Under the pieces are notes generated by a model. The model saw nothing but the letters and a program-made list of their open reading frames with translations. It was not told the origin of the DNA and made no database searches. This document shows, in pieces, positions 1 to 8,004 of a stretch of DNA of 32,000 nt. Position numbers and translations under genes: made by a program. Every line of letters begins with the position of its first letter. Position 1 is the first letter of the stretch. Source of the DNA: Phytohabitans aurantiacus (GTDB lineage Bacteria > Actinomycetota > Actinomycetes > Mycobacteriales > Micromonosporaceae); NCBI RefSeq assembly GCF_027923225.1, contig NZ_BSDI01000004.1, forward strand, positions 186,348 through 218,347. Direction: 5' to 3'.

Positions 1-458
1 GTGTGCAACCACCGGGCGCCCAGGGTGCCGAAGAGGTGGTCCCAGTCGACGTCGTCGGGGCGCAGCTGGCTGGCAGCGGTGTGGCCACGGTCGGACGTGC
101 CGACGGCGCCGCGTACCCCGAAACCACGCTCGGTGAAGTTGAGCCCGTTCCGCACGGTGCGGCCGATGCCGTCGTACCCGACCCACTTCACGAACGACGT
201 GTCCACGCCGCCCTGCAGGATCAGGTCTTCGAGCAGCCGCCCCACCTCGTTGTCCGCGAACGCGGTCACGACGGCGGTGCGCATGCCGAAGCAGCGTCGC
301 AGCCCGCGAGCCACGTTGTACTCGCCGCCGCCCTCCCAGGCCCGGAAGCTGCGCGCGGTGCGCACGCGCCCCTCGCCCGGGTCGAGCCGGAGCATGACCT
401 CGCCGAGCGACACCAGGTCGTACCGGCACTCGTCGGCCGGACGGATCGCGAGCGTCAT
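1..458 (-). CDS. kdgK: PfkB-family sugar kinase, 2-dehydro-3-deoxygluconokinase-like (5' part only; the gene runs off the left edge)
   Basis: Absent from the ORF track because there is no stop in the window. My translation of the minus strand from the ATG at 458 gives MTLAIRPADECRYDLVSLGEVMLRLDPGEGRVRTARSFRAWEGGGEYNVARGLRRCFGMRTAVVTAFADNEVGRLLEDLILQGGVDTSFVKW... This is the N-terminal pattern of ribokinase/PfkB KDG kinases (GE.MLRL.P, GG.E.NVA). The ATG overlaps the eda stop (ATGA at 455-458). Confidence 0.7.
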   Translation of the reverse strand, partial: MTLAIRPADECRYDLVSLGEVMLRLDPGEGRVRTARSFRAWEGGGEYNVARGLRRCFGMRTAVVTAFADNEVGRLLEDLILQGGVDTSFVKWVGYDGIGRTVRNGLNFTERGFGVRGAVGTSDRGHTAASQLRPDDVDWDHLFGTLGARWLH

Positions 459-1108
459 AGCTCTCCCTTGGTCAGTGCGACAGCCGCGGCCGTCAGGCGG
501 GTGACCTCGTCCCACTTCCCGGCGGCGAGCAGGTCGGGCGCCACCATCCAGGTGCCGCCGACCGCGAAGACCGCGGGCAGCGCGAGATAGTCGGGCAGGT
601 TGGCGGTGTTGACGCCGCCGGTCGGTATGAACCGGACGTTCTTGAACGGTGCCGCCAACGCCTTGATCATCTTGGCGCCACCGACCTGCTCGGCGGGGAA
701 GAACTTGACGATCTCCAGCCCCGCGTCGAGCGCCATCTGGATCTCGGTGGCGGTAGCCGCGCCCGGATAGACCGGTATGCCCAGCTCCTGGCAGTAGTTC
801 ACCACACGCGGGCTGAACCCGGGGCTCACCACGAACTTCGCGCCGGACGCGACAGCCGCGTCGACCTGGGTCGTGGTCAGTACCGTGCCCGCGCCGACGA
901 GCAGGTCCGGGTTTTCCGCCATGATCCGGATGGCCTCGGCGGCGGCGTCGGTCCGGAAAGTCACCTCTACGCTGCGCAGACCGCCGGCGGTCAGGGCGGC
1001 GGCGAGCGGCTCCGCGTCGGCCGCGCTCTGCAGCACCACCACCGGCAGCAGGCGGTTCTGGCCGATTGCCTGTTCAGTATCGTGAACGCTGGTCACGTAC
1101 ATGACCAT
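455..1108 (-). CDS. eda: 2-dehydro-3-deoxyphosphogluconate (KDPG)/KHG aldolase
   Basis: The C-terminal ~215 aa of track ORF 455..1303 read LLPVVVLQSAADAEPLAAALTAGGLRSVEVTFRTDAAAEAIRIMAENPDLLVGAGTVLT...KFVVSPG...GAATATEIQMALDAGLEIVKFFPAE..GG...IKAL.APF..VRFIPTGGV, the classic Eda family. The upstream 65 aa of the ORF are Arg/Ser-rich and overlap the divergent regulator. Candidate starts are ATG 1108, ATG 1102 and GTG 1096. Confidence 0.85.
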   Translation of the reverse strand: MVMYVTSVHDTEQAIGQNRLLPVVVLQSAADAEPLAAALTAGGLRSVEVTFRTDAAAEAIRIMAENPDLLVGAGTVLTTTQVDAAVASGAKFVVSPGFSPRVVNYCQELGIPVYPGAATATEIQMALDAGLEIVKFFPAEQVGGAKMIKALAAPFKNVRFIPTGGVNTANLPDYLALPAVFAVGGTWMVAPDLLAAGKWDEVTRLTAAAVALTKGEL

Positions 1109-1868
1109 AATGGAAGGCATGACCGCCGTCCAACCCCCCGTGAAGTCGGCCGACCGGACCCTGGAAGTGCTCGAAGCCCTCGCGGCGTCGCGCGAGCGCC
1201 GCTCGTTGGTCGAGCTCTCCCGCGCGCTCGACATCCCCAAGAGCAGCCTGCACGGCATCCTGCGCACGATGGCCCGCCGGCACTGGGTCGAGGTCGATCC
1301 CACCGGTACCCGCTTCGGGCTCGGCGTCCGCGCGCTGGAGGTCGGCGCCGCGTACCTCGACGCCGACGACGCGGTCGGCCTGGTGTCCTCCGTACTCGAC
1401 GACCTGTCCCGGCAGTTCGGCGAGGCGGTGCACCTGGGCCGGCTCGACGGTTCGAACGTGGTCTACCTCGCCAAGCGGGAGTCGGCGCACCGGCTGCGGC
1501 TGTACAGCGCGATCGGGCGGCGGCTGCCCGCGCACGCGACCGCGCTGGGCAAGGCACTGCTGGCGCACCAGCCAGGCATTTTGGACGGTCCTCTCCCGCG
1601 CTTGACACCGAACACGATCACCGACCCCGACGCCCTGCTCGTCGAGTTGGAAAAGACGCGGGAGCGCGGCTACGCCGTCGACCGGGAGGAGAACACCGAG
1701 GGCATCGTGTGCTTCGCGATGGCGGTGCCGCTCGCCGACCCGCCCACCGACGCGATCAGCCTGTCCGTGCCGGTGCCCCGCGTGGCGCCGGACAGCGAGG
1801 AACGGATCACCACCGCACTCGGCCGCTCGATGACCCAGATCCGCGCCGCGCGCAGCATGTTTTCATAA
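1101..1868 (+). CDS. IclR-family transcriptional regulator (KdgR-like), divergent from eda-kdgK
   Basis: 255-aa ORF. The N-terminal winged helix SADRTLEVLEALAASRERRSLVELSRALDIPKSSLHGILRTM and the C-terminal effector domain (..HATALGKALLA..LTPNTITD...L...RERGYAVDREE..EGI.C.A.PV) are typical of IclR. The start is uncertain (ATG 1101, 1110 or 1119). Confidence 0.85.
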   Translation: MTIMEGMTAVQPPVKSADRTLEVLEALAASRERRSLVELSRALDIPKSSLHGILRTMARRHWVEVDPTGTRFGLGVRALEVGAAYLDADDAVGLVSSVLDDLSRQFGEAVHLGRLDGSNVVYLAKRESAHRLRLYSAIGRRLPAHATALGKALLAHQPGILDGPLPRLTPNTITDPDALLVELEKTRERGYAVDREENTEGIVCFAMAVPLADPPTDAISLSVPVPRVAPDSEERITTALGRSMTQIRAARSMFS

Positions 1869-1890
1869 GCGTGAATATGTCTTAGCCTCA

Positions 1891-1904
1891 TGGGAGCGCT
1901 CCCG
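1891..1904. promoter_or_regulatory. CelR/CebR-type cellulase operator (near-perfect 14-bp palindrome TGGGAGCGCTCCCG)
   Basis: The sequence tgggagcgctcccg lies 30 bp upstream of the GH12 ATG. It matches 13 of 14 positions of the TGGGAGCGCTCCCA inverted repeat known as the LacI-family CelR/CebR binding site upstream of actinomycete cellulase genes. An AAGGAG RBS sits at 1922-1927. Confidence 0.6.
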
Positions 1905-1933
1905 TCATCCCACCACGTTGCAAGGAGCACCCC

Positions 1934-3067
1934 ATGAGACGCTCGATCCGTGCGATCGCGGCGGCCGGCCTGTTACTCACAGGCACGGTCGCTGTCGTCG
2001 TAGCCGCCGGCCCGGCACAGGCCGACGTGCGCATCTGTGAGCAGTTCGGCTCCACCACGATCCAGGGCCGCTACGTGGTCCAGAACAACCGCTGGGGTTC
2101 CAACGCCGAGCAGTGCATCAACGTCACCAACACCGGCTTCTCGATCGTGAGCCAGCAGGGCAGCGCCGCCACCAACGGCGCGCCGCTGTCGTACCCGTCG
2201 GTCTTCTTCGGCTGCCACTACACCAACTGCTCACCCGGCACCAACCTGCCGCTGCAGGTCAGCCAGATCAGCAGCGCCACCAGCAGCATCAACTACGCGT
2301 ACGCGGGCGGCACCTTCAACGCCTCGTACGACATCTGGCTCGACCCGACGCCCCGGCGTGACGGTGTCAACCAGCAGGAAATCATGATCTGGTTCAACCG
2401 TCAGGGCCCGATCCAGCCCATCGGCTCCGTCGTCGGCAACACCAACATCGGCGGCCGGACATGGGAGGTCTGGCGCGGCAGCAACGGCTCCAACAACGTG
2501 ATCTCCTACGTGGCGCCGTCCGCGATCAGCAGCTGGAGCTTCAGCGTGCTGGACTTCATCAACGACACGCGCAACCGCGGCCTGATCAACAACTCCTGGT
2601 ACCTGACCAGCATCCAGGCCGGCTTCGAACCGTGGAACGGCGGCACCGGACTCGGGGTCAACTCGTTCTCCGCGGCCGTCAACCAGGGCACCCCGCCGAC
2701 CACCCCGGGCACCAGCCCGCCGCCCGCCACGACGCCGCCGCCAAGCGGCTCGGGCGCCTGCCGGGTCGCGTACACCGCGAACTCGTGGAACAACGGCTTT
2801 ACCGGCAACGTCACGGTCACCAACACCGGCTCCGGCACGGTCAATGGCTGGACGCTCGGCTTCACGTTCCCCAGTGGACAGCAGATCACCAACGCGTGGA
2901 ACGCGACAGTATCGCAGAGCGGTTCGTCGGTGACGGCCCGCAACGTGGGTCACAACGGCACGCTCGCGCCCGGCGCCAACACGTCCTTCGGCTTCCAGGG
3001 CACGCACGGCGGCACCAACCAGTCACCCACAGGCTGGACACTGAACGGTTCCGCCTGCACCACCTGA
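1934..3067 (+). CDS. Secreted glycoside hydrolase family 12 endo-beta-1,4-glucanase with C-terminal CBM2 cellulose-binding module
   Basis: Signal peptide MRRSIRAIAAAGLLLTGTVAVVVAAGPAQA. The GH12 core reads YVVQNNRWG...YPSVFFGCHY..C...YDIWLDP......QEIMIWFN..G.IQPIGS...W.VW.G....NVISYV. A Pro/Thr linker (PPTTPGTSPPPATTPPPSGSG) follows, then a CBM2 module (CRVAYTANSWNNGFTGNVTVTNTG...GWTL.F.F..GQ.I...WNA.....G....A.N...N..L..G....FGFQG......P....LNG..C). Confidence 0.9.
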   Translation: MRRSIRAIAAAGLLLTGTVAVVVAAGPAQADVRICEQFGSTTIQGRYVVQNNRWGSNAEQCINVTNTGFSIVSQQGSAATNGAPLSYPSVFFGCHYTNCSPGTNLPLQVSQISSATSSINYAYAGGTFNASYDIWLDPTPRRDGVNQQEIMIWFNRQGPIQPIGSVVGNTNIGGRTWEVWRGSNGSNNVISYVAPSAISSWSFSVLDFINDTRNRGLINNSWYLTSIQAGFEPWNGGTGLGVNSFSAAVNQGTPPTTPGTSPPPATTPPPSGSGACRVAYTANSWNNGFTGNVTVTNTGSGTVNGWTLGFTFPSGQQITNAWNATVSQSGSSVTARNVGHNGTLAPGANTSFGFQGTHGGTNQSPTGWTLNGSACTT

Positions 3068-3073
3068 TTCAAG

Positions 3074-3125
3074 TGATCAGGGCGTCCCTCAAGTCGTTAG
3101 AACAGCTTGAGGGACGCCCTGATCA
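3074..3125 (+). terminator. Perfect 20-bp stem / 12-nt loop hairpin immediately after the GH12 stop (intrinsic-terminator candidate)
   Basis: tgatcagggcgtccctcaag (3074-3093) is the exact reverse complement of cttgagggacgccctgatca (3106-3125). It starts 7 nt after the stop codon. There is no clear U-tract, which is common in actinomycetes. Confidence 0.6.
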
Positions 3126-3161
3126 TGCTGCGGAACGTCGGGGTGTGCGCACAATGGAGTC

Positions 3162-4226
3162 ATGGCCGACCGCCTCGACGAGTACCGGCGCAAGAGAGAC
3201 GCGCGCCGCACCCCGGAGCCGGTGCCGTCGAAGACACCAACGGCCAGCGACGACCGCGTGTTCGTCATCCAGCAGCATCACGCCCGGCGGCTGCACTGGG
3301 ACCTGCGGCTGGAGCGCGATGGCGTATTGGTCTCGTGGGCGGTGCCGCGCGGCATACCGCGCGATCCGGCCCGCAACAACCTCGCCGTGCAGACCGAGGA
3401 CCACCCGATGGAGTACCTCGACTTCCACGGCGAGATCCCGGCTGGCGAGTACGGCGGCGGCCGGATGACCATCTTCGACCGGGGCACCTACGTCACCGAG
3501 AAGTGGCGTGACGGCGAAGTGATCGTCGTGCTCGACGGTGAACGGGTGTCCGGCCGGTACGTCCTCTTCCGCACCGACGGCAAGAACTGGATGATCCACC
3601 GGATGGACCCGCCCGAGCCCGGGTGGAGCCCGATGCCGGACACCGTACGGCCGATGCGGCCGGCGCCCGCCGCGCGGCTGCCCGCCGACGACGAGGCGTG
3701 GGGGTACGAGCTGGAGTGGCCGGGCGTGCGCGCGGTCGGCTACGTCTTGGGCGGCCGGCTGCGGCTGCTGTCCGGCGACGACATCGACATCACCGAGTCG
3801 TACCCGGAACTGCGCGAACTGGCCGAGGCGCTGGCGCCAACGGAGTGCCTCGTCGACGGCATGGTCGTGGCGTTCGACGGCAACGGACGGGTCAGCGCGG
3901 AGGCCCTGCACCCGCGTTCCCGAGTCACCGACGCCAGTGCGGCCCGGCGGCTGGTCGCCCGCACACCGGTGCAGTACCTGCTCTTCGACGTCCTCTGGCT
4001 GGAGGGGCGGTCGACAGTGGACCTGCCGTACGCCGAACGCCGCGAGCTACTGGCGGCCCTGGACCTGGCCGGCCGGTACTGGCAGACGCCGCCCCACTTC
4101 GAGGGAGGCGGCGACGCCGTCCGGCAGGCGAGCCGGGAGCAGGGCCTCGGCGGTGTGGTGGCGAAGCGCCTGGACTCGCCGTACCTGCCGGGCAAGCGAT
4201 CCCGCACCTGGCTCAGGATTCGTTAG
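3162..4226 (+). CDS. LigD-type 3'-phosphoesterase (PE) domain fused to a truncated ATP-dependent DNA-ligase nucleotidyltransferase-like domain with substituted catalytic motifs
   Basis: The N-terminal ~150 aa read FVIQQHHARRLHWDLRLE..GVL.SWAVP.G.P.....N.LAV.TEDHP.EY..F.G.IP.GEYGGG....D.G.Y, the LigD PE signature. The C-terminal half aligns to ligase motifs I, III, IV and V, but motif I reads ELEWPGVR instead of E.K.DG.R and motif III reads DGM instead of DGE. The protein ends right after motif V (SPYLPGKRSRTWLRIR), so there is no OB domain. Confidence 0.8.
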   Translation: MADRLDEYRRKRDARRTPEPVPSKTPTASDDRVFVIQQHHARRLHWDLRLERDGVLVSWAVPRGIPRDPARNNLAVQTEDHPMEYLDFHGEIPAGEYGGGRMTIFDRGTYVTEKWRDGEVIVVLDGERVSGRYVLFRTDGKNWMIHRMDPPEPGWSPMPDTVRPMRPAPAARLPADDEAWGYELEWPGVRAVGYVLGGRLRLLSGDDIDITESYPELRELAEALAPTECLVDGMVVAFDGNGRVSAEALHPRSRVTDASAARRLVARTPVQYLLFDVLWLEGRSTVDLPYAERRELLAALDLAGRYWQTPPHFEGGGDAVRQASREQGLGGVVAKRLDSPYLPGKRSRTWLRIR

Positions 4227-5085
4227 GCACGCCCACTTCCAACCAGTGCGCGATCGCCGCCATGTCACGGGAGCCCATGCCCACGTCGAGCGCGGCCAGC
4301 ACCGCCGCCCGGTTGGCGGCCGCCTGGGGCATCACCGCCCCGACTCGCTCGGCGAGCTGGCCGATCAGGCCGAGGTCCTTTGCCACCAGGTCGAGGCTGA
4401 ACGCGACCGGGGTCTGGTCAGGACGCTCGAAGGCGGCCCGCTTGTACGCCACGAACGGCGAGGCGATCGCGCTGTTGACCAGTACCTCGTAGGTGGTCTC
4501 GCGGGGCACCTCGGCCCGCTCGGCGAGCACCAGCGCCTCGGCGACCGCCTGGTTGATGGCGAGCAGCACCGTGTTGACCGCGAGCTTGACCACCGCGCCG
4601 GAGCCGAGCGGCCCGACGTGGAAGATCTGTGCGGCGAGCGTGTCGAGCACGGGGCGCACCTGGTCGAGCGCGTCTGCCGGACCGCCCACCAGAAACGTCA
4701 GCTTGCCCTGCTCGACCAGCGGCACGCTGCCCGATACCGGCCCGTCGAGCAGCGCGGCGCCGCGCTCGCCAACCAACTCGGCCACCCGGTGCACCGTTTC
4801 CGGGTCGAGCGTGCTGGTCTCCACCACGACGCTGCCGCCGCGGAGCCCCGCGGCGATGCCGTCGGGCCCGCCGTACGCGTGCAGCACCGCCGCGTCGTCG
4901 GCCAGCGACACGAGTATGGTGTCGGCCCACGCGGCCGCCTCGCGGGCGGTCTCAGCGACCGCGGCGCCCACGGCTTCGGCCTTTTCGCGGGTGCGGTTGT
5001 AGACAACCACATCGTTGCCGGCCTGCTGGAGCCGTGCTGCCATCGCGCTGCCCATCCGGCCAGCCCCGACGATCGCCACCTTCAT
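4213..5085 (-). CDS. NAD(P)-dependent oxidoreductase, 3-hydroxyisobutyrate / 6-phosphogluconate dehydrogenase-like (last gene of the operon)
   Basis: MKVAIVGAGRMGSAMAARLQQAGNDVVVYNRT is the Rossmann GxGxxG motif, followed by a HIBADH-type fold (..LVGGP...D.V.PVLD.L...I.H.G..GSG...KL..N). The ATG at 5085 overlaps the upstream SDR stop (ATGA). The alternative ATG at 5097 adds 4 aa. Confidence 0.85.
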   Translation of the reverse strand: MKVAIVGAGRMGSAMAARLQQAGNDVVVYNRTREKAEAVGAAVAETAREAAAWADTILVSLADDAAVLHAYGGPDGIAAGLRGGSVVVETSTLDPETVHRVAELVGERGAALLDGPVSGSVPLVEQGKLTFLVGGPADALDQVRPVLDTLAAQIFHVGPLGSGAVVKLAVNTVLLAINQAVAEALVLAERAEVPRETTYEVLVNSAIASPFVAYKRAAFERPDQTPVAFSLDLVAKDLGLIGQLAERVGAVMPQAAANRAAVLAALDVGMGSRDMAAIAHWLEVGVPNES

Positions 5086-5759
5086 TTCAGCAACCATCCT
5101 CCATCCACGGGCAGGTTGACCCCGTTGACCGACGAGTTGCGCAGCAAAAAGACCACCGCGTCGCGGACGTCGACCATCGTGGGTAGCCGGCCGGTGGGAG
5201 TACGGGACACGACGGCGTCGAGCGGCTTGCCGGTCCAGTACGGGCTGTCGCCGACGATGCCGGGGTGGACGCCGTTCACCCGGATCGGTGCCAGCTCGCA
5301 GGCGAGCGTGTGCACGAGGCCGGTCACGCCACCGTTCACTGTGGACACCGTGGTGGAGCCCGGATAGGGGCGCTGCAGGGCCTGCCCGCCGAACAGCACG
5401 ATCGAGCTGTCGGGGTGCATCTTCGGCAGTAACGCGTGCACCACCTCGGTGTACCCGACGAGCTTGAGCGTCACGAGCCGCACCGCCCGGTCGATCGCGT
5501 AGTCGGCCGCGGTGTTGTGGTCCCGCTCGATCGCCGCGAGCACCAGGTGGTCGACCCGCTCGACGCTCGCGAGCGCGGCGGCGATGCCCTCGGGTTCGGC
5601 CAGCTCAAGGGCGGCGCCACGGGCACCGATCTCCTTGGCTATCCCTTCGGTGCGACCCGCGTCCCGACCGGTCAGCACCACGTCGTCGCCGGCACCGGCG
5701 AAATAGCGCGCCACCTCCAGCCCGATGCCGGAGGTGCCGCCGACAACCACCACACTCAT
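5082..5759 (-). CDS. SDR-family short-chain oxidoreductase
   Basis: MSVVVVGGTSGIGLEVARYFAGAGDDVVLTGRD carries the TGxxxGIG cofactor motif, and the C-terminal ..VNGVHPGIV.. is typical of classical SDRs. The start overlaps the bicupin stop (ATGA at 5756-5759). Confidence 0.85.
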   Translation of the reverse strand: MSVVVVGGTSGIGLEVARYFAGAGDDVVLTGRDAGRTEGIAKEIGARGAALELAEPEGIAAALASVERVDHLVLAAIERDHNTAADYAIDRAVRLVTLKLVGYTEVVHALLPKMHPDSSIVLFGGQALQRPYPGSTTVSTVNGGVTGLVHTLACELAPIRVNGVHPGIVGDSPYWTGKPLDAVVSRTPTGRLPTMVDVRDAVVFLLRNSSVNGVNLPVDGGWLLK

Positions 5760-6643
5760 GGAGCCTCCCGGTCCACAGTCTCCCGCAGGTACGTCCAGTC
5801 GCGGGCGAAACGGTAGGAATGGCGGGACGGTGGCTGCGGTGCCTGAGTCTCCAGCCAGCGCACCGGTCCGTTGCCCGCGTTGGTGAAGGAGTGCACGCAG
5901 CCCACCCCGGCGAACGCCACGTCACCCGGCTCCAGCCGGTACGTGGTGCCGTCGAACGTGGCGTCCGTCGCGCCTTCGAGGATCAGGTACGTCTCCTCGA
6001 ACGGGTGGTCGTGCGGCCCAGCGACGCCGTCCGGCTCGTACTGCACCATGAACATCGTGGACAGTTCGGCGCCGAGGTCGCTGTCGACCATCATCTTCAC
6101 GGTGATGCCGCTGTAGACGAGCAGCGCGGTGCGCATGCTGGCCGATACCGCGAGCAGGTCCTGGCTCTGCTTGCCCGGCTCCATGTGCGCCGGCGAGATG
6201 TGCCCGAAGGAGCGGTTGCGCGGGTCGCGTGGATCGACGGGTCGCACCGGCCCGTGCCGCAGTGGCGGGACGGCGATGGTGTCTCCGTCGAACCGCCCTC
6301 GCGGCTGCGGCGCCTGCATCCGCGCCCACCGGGCAGGCTCCGAGCCGGGGTTGCGCCACCCGTACGGCACACCGGTCGCCACGACGCCGTAGTCGCCCTC
6401 GCCGAGCAGGTACGCGCCGTCCGGGGTGTCGAGCACCGCCGAGCCGGACAGCACGTACACGCTCTCCTCGAACCAGTTGACGTGAGTCGGCACCGAGGCG
6501 CCCGGTGCCAGGGCGCAGATCGCGAACCCGGTGTGCACCGCACCCGGCACCGTCTCGTCCACGATGGACCACCGCGTGTACCCATCGCCCAACCCGACGA
6601 GGGCCTCCTCAGAGGCCCGCCGCACGACGTGCCGAGAACTCAT
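5756..6643 (-). CDS. Bicupin (two cupin barrels) protein, putative dioxygenase / isomerase / hydrolase
   Basis: 295 aa with two cupin-like segments. The first is ..PGASVPTHVNWFEESVYVLSGSAVLDTPDG.YLLGEGDYGVV..GVPYGWRN. The second is ..GVAGPHDHPFEETYLILEGATDATFDGTTYRLEPGDVAFAGVGCVHSFTN. Substrate cannot be inferred. The start overlaps the amidohydrolase stop. Confidence 0.75.
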   Translation of the reverse strand: MSSRHVVRRASEEALVGLGDGYTRWSIVDETVPGAVHTGFAICALAPGASVPTHVNWFEESVYVLSGSAVLDTPDGAYLLGEGDYGVVATGVPYGWRNPGSEPARWARMQAPQPRGRFDGDTIAVPPLRHGPVRPVDPRDPRNRSFGHISPAHMEPGKQSQDLLAVSASMRTALLVYSGITVKMMVDSDLGAELSTMFMVQYEPDGVAGPHDHPFEETYLILEGATDATFDGTTYRLEPGDVAFAGVGCVHSFTNAGNGPVRWLETQAPQPPSRHSYRFARDWTYLRETVDREAP

Positions 6644-7992
6644 GCCGGCTGCTTCCTGGCCGCGACGGCGGCGAGCAGGTGGTCGCGGGAGTTCTCGACG
6701 AGCCCGCGCGCCCGGTCGACATCCGCCAGCAGCTTGCCGTCGCGCTTGCGGAACTGGCCGGCCACGAGCACCGACTCCACGTTGGACACGTCGGCGCAGA
6801 GCGTCACCGCGGTGACCGCGTCGTGCACGGGCGTCACGTTGATGCCGCGGGTGTCGATGAGCACGATGTCGGCCTGCTTGCCCGGTGTCAGCGATCCGAT
6901 CTTGTCTTCGAGCCCGACGACGTGCGCCCCGTTGAGGGTCGCCATCTCCAGCATCCGCTCGGCCGTGAGCAGCCCCTCGGCGGGTTCGTTGCGCTCCCAG
7001 AAGGACGCCAGCGCCCGCACCCGCTCCACGCCGAACGCGCTACGTATCTGGGTGAACATGTCGCCCGGCACGGTGGTCACCACGTCGATCGACAGGCTGG
7101 GGCGCAGGCCGTACTCCATCGACTTGACGATCGGCGGCCAGCCGTGCCCCATCTGGACCTCGACCTGAGGCGCGATGGAGATCGTGCCGCCGGTGTCGGC
7201 GACGAGTTGCCACTCCTCGTCGCTGAAGTAGCAGCAGTGGATGTACGTCGTGTCGGAACCGAGCATGTTCATCGCGTCGAGCATCTTGACCATGCCGAAC
7301 CGGCCGGCCAGCCGTCCCATGCCGACGTGCACGGTGATCGGCAGCCCCAACTCGCGGGCCATCTCCCACTCGGCTTTCACCACGTCGTCGACGCAGAAGC
7401 CGGGACCGCGGGTGGCCACCGCCATCGTGAGCAGGCCGTCCGAGGACGAGAAGTACGTGTCTCGGACCCGCCGCACATCGTCCTTCGGAATCACTATCTT
7501 GCTTTCGAACCAGTAGTCGGCCAGCGCGAGGTTGGCGCTTCCGTAGGCGTACTGCGCCCGGATGCCGGCTTCCTGCAGCCCGCGTACCGCCGCGTCGGGG
7601 TGCTCGGGCGTGTTGTTGATGTGCGACCAGTCGACGAGGGTGGTGATGCCGGCGTTCAGGCATTCGAGAGAGCCGGCCAGGTTGCTCGCGTACACGTCTT
7701 CCGGCCGGTACACCGGAGCGAACGTGTCGAGCACCTCCACGAAGTAGTCGTCGAGGGTGGCGTTCGGCGCGCAGCCGCGGATCGCGGCCTCCCACGTGTG
7801 TCTGTGGGTGTCGACGAAGCCCGGAATCACGATCCGGCCGGACGCGTCGACGACCTCGGCGTCGGCGTCGATGTGCCGGTCGACGGCGACGATCCGCTCG
7901 CCCTCGATGAGGATGTCGCCCTCGGGGATCTCGCCGAGGGTCGGGTCCATGCTGAGTATGTGGCCGCCACGAAGAAGAATTCGGTCAGGCAT
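6640..7992 (-). CDS. Amidohydrolase-superfamily metallohydrolase (cytosine/guanine-deaminase / chlorohydrolase-like)
   Basis: 450 aa. MPDRILLRGGHILSMDP...GDILIEGERIVAV......A.VVDASGRIVIPGFVDTHRHTWE shows the HxH metal motif, with later ..ITVHVG.. and ..DTTYIHC.. motifs and a C-terminal GSL.PGK.ADIVLID. A GGAGG RBS lies 5 nt upstream of the ATG at 7992. Confidence 0.85.
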   Translation of the reverse strand: MPDRILLRGGHILSMDPTLGEIPEGDILIEGERIVAVDRHIDADAEVVDASGRIVIPGFVDTHRHTWEAAIRGCAPNATLDDYFVEVLDTFAPVYRPEDVYASNLAGSLECLNAGITTLVDWSHINNTPEHPDAAVRGLQEAGIRAQYAYGSANLALADYWFESKIVIPKDDVRRVRDTYFSSSDGLLTMAVATRGPGFCVDDVVKAEWEMARELGLPITVHVGMGRLAGRFGMVKMLDAMNMLGSDTTYIHCCYFSDEEWQLVADTGGTISIAPQVEVQMGHGWPPIVKSMEYGLRPSLSIDVVTTVPGDMFTQIRSAFGVERVRALASFWERNEPAEGLLTAERMLEMATLNGAHVVGLEDKIGSLTPGKQADIVLIDTRGINVTPVHDAVTAVTLCADVSNVESVLVAGQFRKRDGKLLADVDRARGLVENSRDHLLAAVAARKQPA

Positions 7993-8004
7993 CGTTGCCT
8001 CCTA

